NCBI GenBank assembly: GCA_963805975.1
Contig: CAWDVR010000004.1
Span: 288,001 to 352,000 of the forward strand
Length of the DNA stretch: 64,000 nucleotides
Direction of reading: 5' to 3'
Source: an uncultured Acidobacteriota bacterium
Lineage (GTDB): Bacteria > Acidobacteriota > Thermoanaerobaculia > Multivoradales > SZUA-115
Positions 10,770 through 22,816 of the stretch are shown here, piece after piece. Under the pieces are notes generated by a model. It ran no database searches. It was not told the origin of the DNA and saw nothing but the letters and a program-made list of their open reading frames with translations. A program made the position numbers and the translations under genes. Each line of letters opens with the position of its first letter. Within the stretch, counting starts at the first letter, position 1.

Positions 10770-10971
10770 GCCTTGGGACCCGATCCCTCGAACCGGTGCT
10801 CGACGCCCCCTTTGGGTAACGCTGCGCACCGGTTCGAGGGACCGGGTCCCAAGGCTGAGCCCAACCGTCGAGCCCTGGCTTCGGGTGCCTCTGACCTGGC
10901 GCGCAGCGTTACCCAAAGGGGGCGTCGAGCGCCAGGTCAGAGGCACCCAAAGCTAGGGCCACACCAACCGT
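10770..10971. repeat. Pair of long hairpin elements sharing an identical 26-nt core in opposite orientation
   Basis: Arms 10770-10799/10826-10855 (30 bp, 1 mismatch) and 10872-10902/10929-10959 (31 bp, 2 mismatches). Cores 10800-10825 and 10903-10928 are exact reverse complements. Each hairpin is followed by CCAACCGT. Confidence 0.92.
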
Positions 10972-10993
10972 TTGCTATGGTTCCTCGATCGCC

Positions 10994-13192
10994 ATGAATC
11001 CCCTCCTGCCGGCGCTGCTCCTGGCGAGCCTCGCTGGGCTTCTTTTCCGGCGGTGCGAGGCGGCGCGGGCGTGGACCGTGGTGGGCCTCGCCGGCATCGC
11101 GCTCCTGGCCCCGGCCCTCGCCCTACCCGACGGCATCCCCAGCCCGTCGGCTCTCCTCGCCGAGCTGCCACCCTGGCAAGGCCAGGCCCTGGGAGCCGAG
11201 CGCAACTCCGAGCTCGTCGATCTCACCTCCATGATCGAGCCCTGGATGCTCTATCTGCGGAGCGAGCTGCGGGCCGGCCGCTTGCCGTTCTGGAACCCGT
11301 ACCAGTTCGCCGGGGCGCCGTTCTGGGCCAACGGCTCGAGCGCGCCGCTCTTCCCGCTCCTCTGGCTCTTCGCCGCGCTGCCGGTCGCGGTGGGCTTCGT
11401 GCTGCTGCCGTGGCTGCGCATCGTGATCGGCGGCCTCGGTGCCTACAAGCTGGCGCGCGAGCTGGGCATCAGCGAGAAGTCCGCGCTCGCCGCGGCGGTG
11501 ATCTTTCCGCTCTCCGGCCGCATCGCGAGCTTCCTGCTCTTCCCCATGGGCAACGCCCTCTGCCTCGTGCCCTGGGTCTTCCTGGCGGTCGAGCGCTTGG
11601 CCCAGGGCAAGGCCGGCATTCGCCTCCTTGCCGTGGCCGGCGGCCTGCAGCTCGTGGCCGGGCACCCGGAGACGCCGTTCTTCACCGGCCTCACCTCAGG
11701 CCTCTACCTGCTGCTCCGCGGCAGCGGGAGGCCGTGGCATTCGTGGGGACGTGTCGCCGCCGGCTGGGCCACGGCCCTGGGGCTGGCCGCCGCGGCGCTC
11801 GTGCCGCTGGCGGTGACCATCCTCGGCAGCGCGCGCTGGCAGCACTGGCAGCCGGGCGCAGCGATGCCGCTCGCCACCGTGGCCCGGCTGGGGCTGCGCT
11901 TCCTGCTGCCCGATGCCTTCGGCCATCCGGCAACGGGCGGCTACTGGGGGCCGTTCGCGTTCGTGCCCACGGCGGTCTACGCGGGAGCGCTCTCGTTGCC
12001 CCTGGCCGCCGCGGGGCTGGCGGCGGTGCGTGGAGACCGGCGCTGGCGCGCGTTCGCCGTGATGACCGGCGTGTGCCTCGCGGCCTCGTACCACCTGCCG
12101 GGAGCGCGGCAGGTGCTGGAGGCGCTGCCCGTCTTCCAGAAGAGCGTGCACCACTATCTGCTCCTGGCGGTGATGCTCGCCCTGGCACTATTCGTCGCCC
12201 GAGGGCTGGACCGCTGGCACGAGGGCCACGGCCGAGGGCTGATGCTGGGGCTCGGGGCGGTGGCGCTCGCTCTGGGCCTCGGCTGGCTGGGCCTGGCAGG
12301 CGAGTGGAGCGCACGCGGCGTGCTGGCGGAGCAGGCCGCCTGGACGGTGGTGATCCTCGGCCTCGGCGCCGCCCTGGCGCTCGCGGCCCGGCTCTCGCCG
12401 GCGCGCCGCGCCGCCCTGGTGCCGCTGGTGGTGGCGGTCCTGGCTGCCGACCTCGCGTTCACCCAGGGTCGCACGTTCCCGGCCCTCTCGGCCGCGCAAC
12501 ACTTTCCAAAGACACCGGCGCTCGACTTCCTGGCCGGCAAGCCCGGCCGGGTGGCGGCGCCGGGGAGCGCCCTGCGGCCCAACAGCGCGATGGTCTACGG
12601 GCTCTCCGACCTGCGGGGCGAAGACTCGCTGAAGGTCTTGGCGTACGAGGCGACCTACGGCAGGCAGGTCGGCTCCCCGAACCCGATCTATTTCCGGCCG
12701 ATCACCCGCTGGCAGAGCCCGTGGCTCGACTCTCTCGGAGTGCGTTGGGTGCTCGCCGAGCCCTTCCTGCCGCCGATCGACCCCGCGTGGCGGCTCGCTT
12801 ACCAGGGCCCGGATGCCAGCGTCTTCGAGCGGCGAAGCGCCCTCGAGCTCGCGCGTCTCGAGCCGCCGGGCAGCGGGAGGCTCGAGGTGGTCGAACAGCT
12901 TCCCGGCCACTGGCGGATCGCGTGGGAGACCACCGCGCCCACGAGGCTGGTCGTGGCGGAGACGCACGCTCCCGGCTGGCGCGCTCGGCTCGACGACCAA
13001 AGCGTCCCGATCGAGACCGTGGACGGCCTGCTGATGGGCGTGGCGTTGCCGGCCGGCCGCGGCACCGTGGAGCTCACCTACCTCCCGCCGGGCCTCCTCG
13101 CCGGGACGATCCTCAGTCTGCTGAGCCTGGTGCTGCTGGCACTGAGCGGGCGATCTGGAACGCTGCGAGCGTCGAAAATGCCCCGTCGCCTG

Positions 13193-13201
<9 letters not shown>
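10994..13201 (+). CDS. YfhO-family (GT-C) membrane protein
   Basis: GRLPFWNPYQFAGAPFWAN, AGHPET, and C-terminal LVVAETHAPGWRARLD...GVALPAGRGTVELTY, typical of YfhO-like proteins. Confidence 0.85.
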
Positions 13202-15560
<2,359 letters not shown>

Positions 15561-15572
15561 GCTTCGGCCCGC

Positions 15573-15662
15573 GGAGGGGTGGCTGAGCGGTCGAAAGCAG
15601 CGGTCTTGAAAACCGCCGGCGGTTTACCCCGCCCGTGGGTTCGAATCCCACCCCCTCCGCCA
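15573..15662 (+). tRNA. tRNA-Ser (anticodon UGA)
   Basis: GGAGGGG/CCCCTCC acceptor stem, anticodon arm GCGGT-CTTGAAA-ACCGC, long variable arm, GGTTCGAATCC, encoded CCA. Confidence 0.96.
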
Positions 15663-15705
15663 AGTCCACCAGCGCTATCATTGAGTCCGGCAGGGGCCGA
15701 CATCG

Positions 15706-16269
15706 ATGGCTGTGCTCGAATCCATAGAACGCCGGCGCTTCAGCGTCGAGGAAGTCGAGCGGATGCTCGAAGCCGGGATCCTCTTGGAGGACGAGTCCGT
15801 CGAGCTCCTGGAGGGAGATCTCGTCGTCATGTCGCCCCAGAACCCGCAGCATGCGACCGGAACCGAGACCATTGCCCGGCTGCTCGAAGAGGTGTACGGA
15901 GCTACGGTGCATGCCCGGCGCCATTCGCCAATCTTTGCGGCGAACGACAGCCTGCCGGAGCCTGATGTCGCCATCTATCGGGGCCAACCGAGGGACTATC
16001 GGGATCGACATCCCACGGGGAAGGAGGCTCTCCTGATCGTAGAGATCTCTTCCTCGTCGCGAAGGATCGATCGCCACAAGGCGACGATCTACGCCAAGGC
16101 GGGGGTGCCGACGTACTGGTTGTTGGACCTCGTTGCCGTGCGCCTGGAGGTCCGTTCCGGGCCGCAGGCGGACGGCCTCTACGAGCTGACGCGAGTCCTC
16201 GGGAGGAACGACGAGGTCGAGGTGCCCGGAACCGAGGCCAAGCTCAGCGTGGCCTCCTTGCTTCCGTAG
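15706..16269 (+). CDS. Uma2 family endonuclease
   Basis: RRFSVEE, VELLEG, PEPDVAI, LIVEISSSS, YAKAGVPTYWLLDL. Confidence 0.9.
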   Translation: MAVLESIERRRFSVEEVERMLEAGILLEDESVELLEGDLVVMSPQNPQHATGTETIARLLEEVYGATVHARRHSPIFAANDSLPEPDVAIYRGQPRDYRDRHPTGKEALLIVEISSSSRRIDRHKATIYAKAGVPTYWLLDLVAVRLEVRSGPQADGLYELTRVLGRNDEVEVPGTEAKLSVASLLP

Positions 16270-16273
16270 CGGG

Positions 16274-16669
16274 TCAGCCCAGAAGCTTCACTTCGAGCGG
16301 CGTGGCGAGAGTGCCCGCTGCGCCGGCGAGCTGCCGGTCGAAGGTGGCGAACCGATCCGCCGGTCCGCTGGACGCCAGGTGGAGGGCATCGGCGAAATCG
16401 AGCCCGGTTGAGAACAAGCGCAGGGCACGCACGACCGCAGTACGATCCTCGATCTCGATGCGGCGGTTTCCCAGCAAGCTGCGAAGGGCATTCGCAATCG
16501 TTTCGACCGAGAGCTGGTACGAATAGCGCAGCACCCACTCCAGCTCCAGCAGCACGGTCTTCGAGAGCCAGAGCCGGTCGGACTCCATGAGCTCGACCGC
16601 CTGTGTTGCCTGCTGCGGATCGTCGAGCGTGATCACCCGGACGAGGACGTTGGTGTCGAGAGCAATCAC
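16274..16669 (-). CDS. vapC: PIN-domain (VapC) toxin
   Basis: IALDTNVLVR, VLLELEWVL, DFADALH, FATFDR. GTG start overlaps the antitoxin stop. Confidence 0.9.
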   Translation of the reverse strand: MIALDTNVLVRVITLDDPQQATQAVELMESDRLWLSKTVLLELEWVLRYSYQLSVETIANALRSLLGNRRIEIEDRTAVVRALRLFSTGLDFADALHLASSGPADRFATFDRQLAGAAGTLATPLEVKLLG

Positions 16670-16917
16670 CGGCTCTCGCGGGCACCGCGAGCGATGGCGG
16701 CTTCCATGTCCTCGAGGCTCCGGCGTGGCCCGGTGTAGCCGGCACTGCCCAGGAGGTCGCGCACCGTGGTCTCGGGAAACTCGTCTTCGGCCAACCGGAT
16801 CACCAACTGTCCACCCTGCTCCTGGATGCTCAGCTCGCTTCCCGGACCCCAACCCAGATGATCGCGTAGATCCTTGGGGATGATGAGCTGGCCCTTGGTG
16901 GAGAGTCGTGTGGTCAT
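16666..16917 (-). CDS. AbrB/MazE/SpoVT-family antitoxin
   Basis: MTTRLSTKGQLIIPKDLRDHLGW swapped-hairpin motif, directly upstream of the PIN gene. Confidence 0.9.
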   Translation of the reverse strand: MTTRLSTKGQLIIPKDLRDHLGWGPGSELSIQEQGGQLVIRLAEDEFPETTVRDLLGSAGYTGPRRSLEDMEAAIARGARESR

Positions 16918-16927
16918 GGCACAGAGC

Positions 16928-16976
16928 CTGTAAGACCGAGGTAAGTCACGCTACGCCAGATTTTGGCTCAAGTCAA
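16928..16976 (-). promoter_or_regulatory. Sigma70-type promoter and candidate operator of the first vapBC
   Basis: TTGACT-17-TAGCGT on the minus strand, with CTTAC repeated at 11-nt spacing just downstream of the -10. Confidence 0.6.
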
Positions 16977-16985
16977 CCGCGAGCC

Positions 16986-19007
16986 TCAGCTCCCTGCGAG
17001 CATCCCTTTCACCCGCCCCACCACCGCCTCCACCGTGTAGCCGAAGTGCTTCGCGAGGTCCTTGTACGGGGCCGAAGCGCCGAAGGTCTCCTGGCCCAGC
17101 ACCTCGCCCGAGTCGCCCACGTACTTGTGCCAGCCGATCGGGGTGGCGGCCTCGACCGCCAGCCGGTGGCGCACGGAGGGGGGCAGCACGGTCTCGCGAT
17201 AGGTCTGGTCCTGGGCGTCGAAGAGCTGCCAGGAGGGGAAGCTCACCACCCGGGCGTGGATACCTTCGACCGCGAGCGCCTTCTGCGCGTCGAGCACCAG
17301 GCTCACCTCCGAGCCGCTCGCGATCAGGATCACCTGCGGCTCCCCGCCCGCGGCCTCGGAGAGCACGTAGGCGCCGCGGGGCACGCCTTCGCGGATGCGC
17401 TCGGCGTCGCCCAGGATGGGCAGCTTCTGTCGGGTGAGCGCCAGCGCCGTCGGCCCCTCGCGGTTCTCGATCGCCACCTTCCAGGCCGCGACGGTCTCGT
17501 TGGCGTCCGCCGGCCGCAGCACGGTCAGGTGCGGGATCGAGCGCAGGGACAGGAGCTGGGACACCGGCTGGTGGGTGGGCCCGTCCTCGCCCAGGAAGAT
17601 CGAGTCGTGGGTGAAGACGTAGACCACCGGCAGCTCCATCAGCGCCGCCAGGCGGATCGCCGGCCGCATGTAGTCCGAGAAGATGAGGAAGGTGCCGCCG
17701 TACGGGCGCAGCAGGCCGGAGAGCGCCATGCCGTTCAACGCCGACCCCATGGCGTGCTCGCGCACCCCGAAGTGGAAGTTGCGCCCTCCGGGCTCGGTGG
17801 CGGAGAAGGCCGGCTCGCCCTTGAGCATCGTGTTGTTCGACGGCGCCAGGTCCGCCGACCCGCCCACCAGCTCCGGGAGCTTCTTGGCGAGCGCGTTGAG
17901 CGCCGCACCGGAGGCCTGGCGGGTGGCCATCTCGCCGTCCTCGGGGCGGAACGCCGGCAGGTCCGCGTCCCAGCCGGGCGGCAGCTCGCCCCTGCGCCGT
18001 ACCGCAAGCTCGGCGCCGGCCTCGGGGTGCTCGCGCGCGAAGCGGTCGAGCTTCGCCTGCCACTCGCGCCGCGCTTCCGCGCCCCGCGCCGCGGCCTCGC
18101 GGAACGGGGCCAGCGCTTCCTCCGGCACCAGGAACGCCGGCTCGAGCGGCCAGCCGAGGTTCTTCTTGGTGGCCTCGACCTCGGAGCCGCCCAGCGGCTC
18201 GCCGTGGGCGGAGGCCGTGTCCTGCTTCTTGGGGCTGCCGTAGCCGATGTGAGTGCGCACCGCCACCAGGGTCGGCCGCTCGTTCTCGGCTTCCGCGGCC
18301 TCGAACGCCCCGGTCAACGACGCGAGATCGTTGCCGTCCCGTACCCTCAGCACGTTCCAGCCGTAGGACTCGTAGCGCTGGCAAACCTCGTCGGAAAAAG
18401 CGAGCTCGGTCGAGCCGTCGATGGTGATGTGGTTGTCGTCGTAGAACACCTTGAGTGGCGCCAGCCGCAGGTGGCCGGCGAGCGAGCTCGCTTCGGAGGC
18501 GACACCCTCCATCAGGTCCCCGTCGCTCACGAAGACCCAGATGCGATGCCCGAAGATCGGCAGGCCCGGCCGGTTGAAGCGCGTGGCGAGGAGCCGCTGG
18601 GCGATCGCCATGCCGACGGCGTTGCCCAGGCCCTGGCCCAGGGGACCGGTCGTGGTCTCGACGCCCTCCGTCAGCCCGTGCTCGGGATGCCCGGGCGTCT
18701 TCGAGCCGAGCTGGCGGAAGCGCTGCAGCTCCTCGACTGGAAGGTCGTAGCCGGAGAGGTGGAGCAGGGCGTAGAGCAGGGCCGAGGCATGGCCGCAGGA
18801 GAGCACGAAGCGGTCGCGGTCCGGCCACGCCGGGTCCGCCGGGTCGTGGCGCAGGAAGCGCGTCCAGAGGAGATAGGCCATCGGCGCCTGCCCGAGCGGC
18901 GCGCCCGGATGGCCGCTCGCCGCCTTCTCCACCATGTCCACGGCCAGGAAACGGATGGTATTGATGGCGAGCTGGTCGAGGTCGGGCTTGTTCGCGGCCG
19001 TCGTCAC
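16986..19007 (-). CDS. tkt: Transketolase
   Basis: [53 protein letters not shown] start follows GGAGG. Confidence 0.97.
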   Translation of the reverse strand: MTTAANKPDLDQLAINTIRFLAVDMVEKAASGHPGAPLGQAPMAYLLWTRFLRHDPADPAWPDRDRFVLSCGHASALLYALLHLSGYDLPVEELQRFRQLGSKTPGHPEHGLTEGVETTTGPLGQGLGNAVGMAIAQRLLATRFNRPGLPIFGHRIWVFVSDGDLMEGVASEASSLAGHLRLAPLKVFYDDNHITIDGSTELAFSDEVCQRYESYGWNVLRVRDGNDLASLTGAFEAAEAENERPTLVAVRTHIGYGSPKKQDTASAHGEPLGGSEVEATKKNLGWPLEPAFLVPEEALAPFREAAARGAEARREWQAKLDRFAREHPEAGAELAVRRRGELPPGWDADLPAFRPEDGEMATRQASGAALNALAKKLPELVGGSADLAPSNNTMLKGEPAFSATEPGGRNFHFGVREHAMGSALNGMALSGLLRPYGGTFLIFSDYMRPAIRLAALMELPVVYVFTHDSIFLGEDGPTHQPVSQLLSLRSIPHLTVLRPADANETVAAWKVAIENREGPTALALTRQKLPILGDAERIREGVPRGAYVLSEAAGGEPQVILIASGSEVSLVLDAQKALAVEGIHARVVSFPSWQLFDAQDQTYRETVLPPSVRHRLAVEAATPIGWHKYVGDSGEVLGQETFGASAPYKDLAKHFGYTVEAVVGRVKGMLAGS

Positions 19008-19092
19008 GTTCGTCCTCCAAGGGCGACTTCCAGAGGCGGAAGAGCATAGCGGGTTGCCGCGACGAAGGCAGCTCTGCATGAGCCACTCTCTC

Positions 19093-19135
19093 TTGACAGT
19101 CAACGGCTCCTCGTTTACGGTTCCAAATTGGAACC
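19093..19135 (+). promoter_or_regulatory. Promoter plus palindromic operator of the second TA pair
   Basis: TTGACA-17-TACGGT. A perfect inverted repeat GGTTCCAA-A-TTGGAACC (19119-19135) overlaps the -10/+1 region. Confidence 0.75.
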
Positions 19136-19148
19136 AAGGAGACTGCCG

Positions 19149-19388
19149 ATGGCGACAATCACTCTGAAGAGCCTTCCCGACGACCTGCACCGCCGGCTCA
19201 AGGAGAGCGCGGTACGACACCACCGGAGCCTGAACAGCGAGATCATCGCTGCCCTCGAGGACGCGGTCCGCAGCGAGCCACTCGATCCACGTGCTTTTCT
19301 CGAGCACGTACGGCGGCTGCGCCCCCAGGGCCACGAGAGCTTCACCCAGGAAGATTTCGACTCACAGAAGAGGGCGGGCCGGGCTTGA
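19149..19388 (+). CDS. Ribbon-helix-helix (FitA/Arc-like) antitoxin
   Basis: [36 protein letters not shown] motif, AAGGAG RBS. Confidence 0.9.
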   Translation: MATITLKSLPDDLHRRLKESAVRHHRSLNSEIIAALEDAVRSEPLDPRAFLEHVRRLRPQGHESFTQEDFDSQKRAGRA

Positions 19389-19789
19389 TCGTGGTCGATG
19401 CCAACGTCATCGCCTACCTCGTGCTCGGGGGAGCCCAGGCGACGGCGGCGGAGGACGTGCTGCTGGCGGACCACGAGTGGCACGCACCGCTCCTGTGGCG
19501 CTCGGAGCTGCGGAGCATCGTGACCGGCTTCCTGCGGCGAGGTGTGCTGAGCCAGGACCGCAGTGTCGAGATCGTGTCAGCTGCCGAGGTCTTGTTCTTT
19601 CGCCGGGAGCACCTCGTGCCGTCACCGGATATCTTGCGGCTGGTCGCTGGTTCGAAGTGCTCGGCCTACGACTGCGAGTACGTCGCCCTCGCCGAGCAGC
19701 TCGAGGTGCCCTTGGTGACCGAGGACAGGGAGGTTCTGGCGGCCTTTCCGCAGGCAGCCCTCTCCATGCGAGCCTTTCTTGGTCTTTGA
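19385..19789 (+). CDS. vapC: PIN-domain (VapC) toxin
   Basis: [39 protein letters not shown] overlap with the antitoxin. Confidence 0.9.
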   Translation: MIVVDANVIAYLVLGGAQATAAEDVLLADHEWHAPLLWRSELRSIVTGFLRRGVLSQDRSVEIVSAAEVLFFRREHLVPSPDILRLVAGSKCSAYDCEYVALAEQLEVPLVTEDREVLAAFPQAALSMRAFLGL

Positions 19790-19815
19790 CTCCCGCCCGC
19801 CGCCGCCCGTACAAT
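19786..19815 (+). promoter_or_regulatory. Sigma70-type promoter for tRNA-Ser(GCU) and glnS
   Basis: TTGACT-18-TACAAT, with the -35 overlapping the vapC stop codon. Confidence 0.7.
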
Positions 19816-19849
19816 CCCCCCTTCACGGCCGTTCGGCCAGCCTTTTCGC

Positions 19850-19944
<95 letters not shown>

Positions 19945-19966
19945 CTCTCTTTTCCCTGAGGATGCC

Positions 19967-21984
19967 TTGAGCGACTCGACGACCAACTCCCCCGGGAAGG
20001 ACTTCATCCGGGAGATGATCGACCGCGACCGCGCCGCCGGCAAGTACGGCGGCCGGGTGGTGACGCGCTTCCCACCCGAGCCCAACGGCTACCCGCATAT
20101 CGGCCATGCCAAGTCCGTCTGTCTGAACTTCGGCCTCGCCCGCGACTACGGCGGCGTCTGCCATCTCCGGATGGACGACACCAACCCCGCGACCGAGAGA
20201 CCCGGAGTACGTCGAGGCCCTCCAGCGCGACATCCGCTGGCTGGGCTTCGACTGGGGCCAGAAGTTGTTTTTTGCCTCGGACTACTTCGAGCAGCTCTAC
20301 GACTTCGCCGTCGAGCTGTCCGCCGCGGCAAGGCGTACGTCTGCAGCCTCTCCGACGACGAGATCCGCGACTACCGCGGGCACGGTCACCGAGCCCGGCC
20401 GGCTCTCGCCCTTCGCCGGTCGCTCGGTGGAGGAGAACCTCGACCTCTTCGCCCGCATGCGGGCCGGCGAGTTCGCGGACGGCACGCACGTGCTGCGGGC
20501 GCGGATCGACATGACCTCGCCCAACATGAAGATGCGCGACCCGCTGCTCTACCGCATCCGGCGGGCCACCCACTACCACCGCGGCGACGCCTGGTGCATC
20601 TACCCGTTCTACGACTTCGCGCACTGCCTGTCGGACGCCATCGAGGGCATCACCCACTCGCTCTGCACCCTCGAGTTCGAGAACAACCGCGAGCTCTACG
20701 ACTGGATCCTGATCGCGCTCGAGATCCCCGAGCGGCCCGAGCAGACCGAGTTCGCCCGCCTGAACCTCACCTACACCGTGCTCTCGAAGCGGAAGCTCCT
20801 GGAGCTGGTGGAGCGCAAGCTGGTCGCCGGCTGGGACGATCCGCGCATGCCCACCCTCTCCGGCCTGCGCCGCCGCGGCTTTACACCACGAGGCGATCCG
20901 CGACTTCTGCGACAAGATCGGCGTCGCCAAGGCCAACAGCACGGTGGACGTGGCGCTCCTCGAGCACTGCCTGCGCGACGACCTGAACCCGCAGGTGCCG
21001 CGCGTGATGTGCGTGCTGCGGCCGCTCAGGGTGGTGATCGAGAACTACCCGGAGGGCGAGACCGAGGAGCTGGAGGCGCCGCTCTACCCGCACGACGTGC
21101 CCAGGGAGGGCTCGCGTCAGGTGCCGTTCGCGCGCGTGCTCTACGTGGAGCGTGACGATTTTGCGGAGAACCCGCCCAAGGGCTTCCACCGCCTCACCCC
21201 CGGCCGCGAGGTGCGGCTGCGCTACGGCTACCTGGTGCGCTGCGAGCGGGCGGTGAAGGACGCGAACGGCGACGTGGTGGAGATCGTCTGCACCTACGAC
21301 CCGGAGACGCGCGGCGGTGCCGCGCCGGACGGCCGCAAGGTGCCGGGCACCATCCACTGGGTGTCGGCCGAGCACTCGCTGCCCGTCGAGGTGCGCCTCT
21401 ACGACCGGCTGTTCTCGGTCGAGCGGCCCGACCTCGCCGAGGGCGGGTTCGAGCAGACGCTCAACCCGGCCTCACTCGAAACCCTCACCGACGCCCGCAT
21501 CGAGCCGGCCGCCGGTGGTGGCGCGCTGGGCGAGCGGCTGCAGTTCGAGCGCCAGGGTTACTTTTTCCTCGATCCCCAGAGCTTCGACGGCAGGCCGGTC
21601 TACAACCGCATCGTGCCGCTCCGCGACTCATGGGCCAAGGAGATCGAGAAGCAGGCTCTGGCGGCGGCGCCCCTTGCCGAGAGGCGTGCCGCTCGCGCCG
21701 CTGTACCGGTGGAGCCCAAGGTCGCCGAGCCCCTGTCCCTGGAAGAGGAGGAGGAGCTCGCCCGGGTACTGCCGGCTCTGGAGCCCGTCGTCCGCGGCTT
21801 GCTCGCGGCTCACCCGGCGGAGGTCGAGCGCTACCGGGCCGGCAGGACGGGGCTCCTCGGTTTCTTCGTGGCACAGGTGATGAAGGCCGCCGCGGGCAAG
21901 GCCAACCCGCGGCTGGTCAACGAGATCCTGACTCGGGAGCTGGGCGCAGCCAGGCCGGCAACCGGCCCCGCGCCGGCTGGCTGA
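19967..21984 (+). pseudogene. glnS: Glutaminyl-tRNA synthetase with C-terminal YqeY/GatB-like tail, broken by four 1-nt indels (pseudogene or sequencing error)
   Basis: [48 protein letters not shown] and FERQGYF are spread over three frames. Frame switches occur near 20198, 20319, 20379 and 20889. Confidence 0.88.
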
Positions 21985-22030
21985 CGAGCCTCGAGCCCGC
22001 TCCCGGGCGCAACTCCGGACTTCCCTCCCC

Positions 22031-22624
22031 CTACGGTGTGCGGTTGATCCGTGACTGGATCGGGTCCGTCGTCACCGAACAGGCCCCGTCGCTGCTGAAC
22101 GCCACGTAGGAGCCGGCCGGGAAGACGTCGACCCCGTGGAGATAGGTGCATTCCACGTAGGCGTCGATGTGCCGCGGCCGCTGCACAGTACCGCCGTAGT
22201 TGTAGACCCGGCCGGGGACGCTCCACTGGATCGCGCCTCCCGGCGAGGTCGTCACCGCGGTGTTGGGCGCCTTGTCCCAGTTCTTTCCCTTGAGCTCCCA
22301 GTGATCGCCCGCGATGCAGCAGTCGGAGATGTGGAAGTCGAGAAAGCTGGCGTTGTTGCACTGGATGCGGAAGCCCTGGACCTGGCCAGGTCCCTGCAGA
22401 CTGCAAACGTGGCCCTGCTTCCAGGTCGCCCTGGGGTCGAACGGGGGAGGCGGAGACGGGATTGGGACTACGGCTTTTGCGTCGGCCAGGCCCTGGCTGA
22501 TGGTGTTGCTCGCGACCGCGGCAGCGGCCTTCTCGTCGGCCTGCGCAGCCGCCTGCGGTGCGGCGGTGCTGACCAGGATGACGGCAAGGGCCACCGCCAG
22601 AGTGAGGATGGATTTCGGGCTCAT
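22031..22624 (-). CDS. Secreted Cys-containing hypothetical protein
   Basis: Signal peptide, AAAGGAG RBS, six Cys including DCCIAGDHW. Confidence 0.7.
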   Translation of the reverse strand: MSPKSILTLAVALAVILVSTAAPQAAAQADEKAAAAVASNTISQGLADAKAVVPIPSPPPPFDPRATWKQGHVCSLQGPGQVQGFRIQCNNASFLDFHISDCCIAGDHWELKGKNWDKAPNTAVTTSPGGAIQWSVPGRVYNYGGTVQRPRHIDAYVECTYLHGVDVFPAGSYVAFSSDGACSVTTDPIQSRINRTP

Positions 22625-22816
22625 CTCGAACGCTCCTTTTCAGACGTTTGGTTCTTCGGCCCAAGACCTGCCCGGCGACACGCGTCAGCCCGGCAGATCC
22701 CAGAGCGTAGGAAACCGGTTTGTCTGTAGAACGTTCGAGAGATCGTGTTTCCCTCATTCTTGAAAGACTGATTCGACGGACCGGGAGCCGCAAGCCCTGT
22801 GATACCTTCCGCCGCC

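Noticed and set aside
10770-10971. CRISPR array or integron attC interpretation of the twin hairpins
   Set aside because: There are only two units, the conserved part is inverted rather than directly repeated, no cas or intI gene is present, and there are no RYYYAAC/GTTRRRY ends.
15573-15662. Possible selenocysteine tRNA
   Set aside because: The anticodon is UGA (reads UCA, Ser), not UCA, and the acceptor stem is a normal 7 bp.
20190-20900. Programmed ribosomal frameshifting in glnS
   Set aside because: Four shifts in both directions, with no slippery heptamers, is not plausible recoding.
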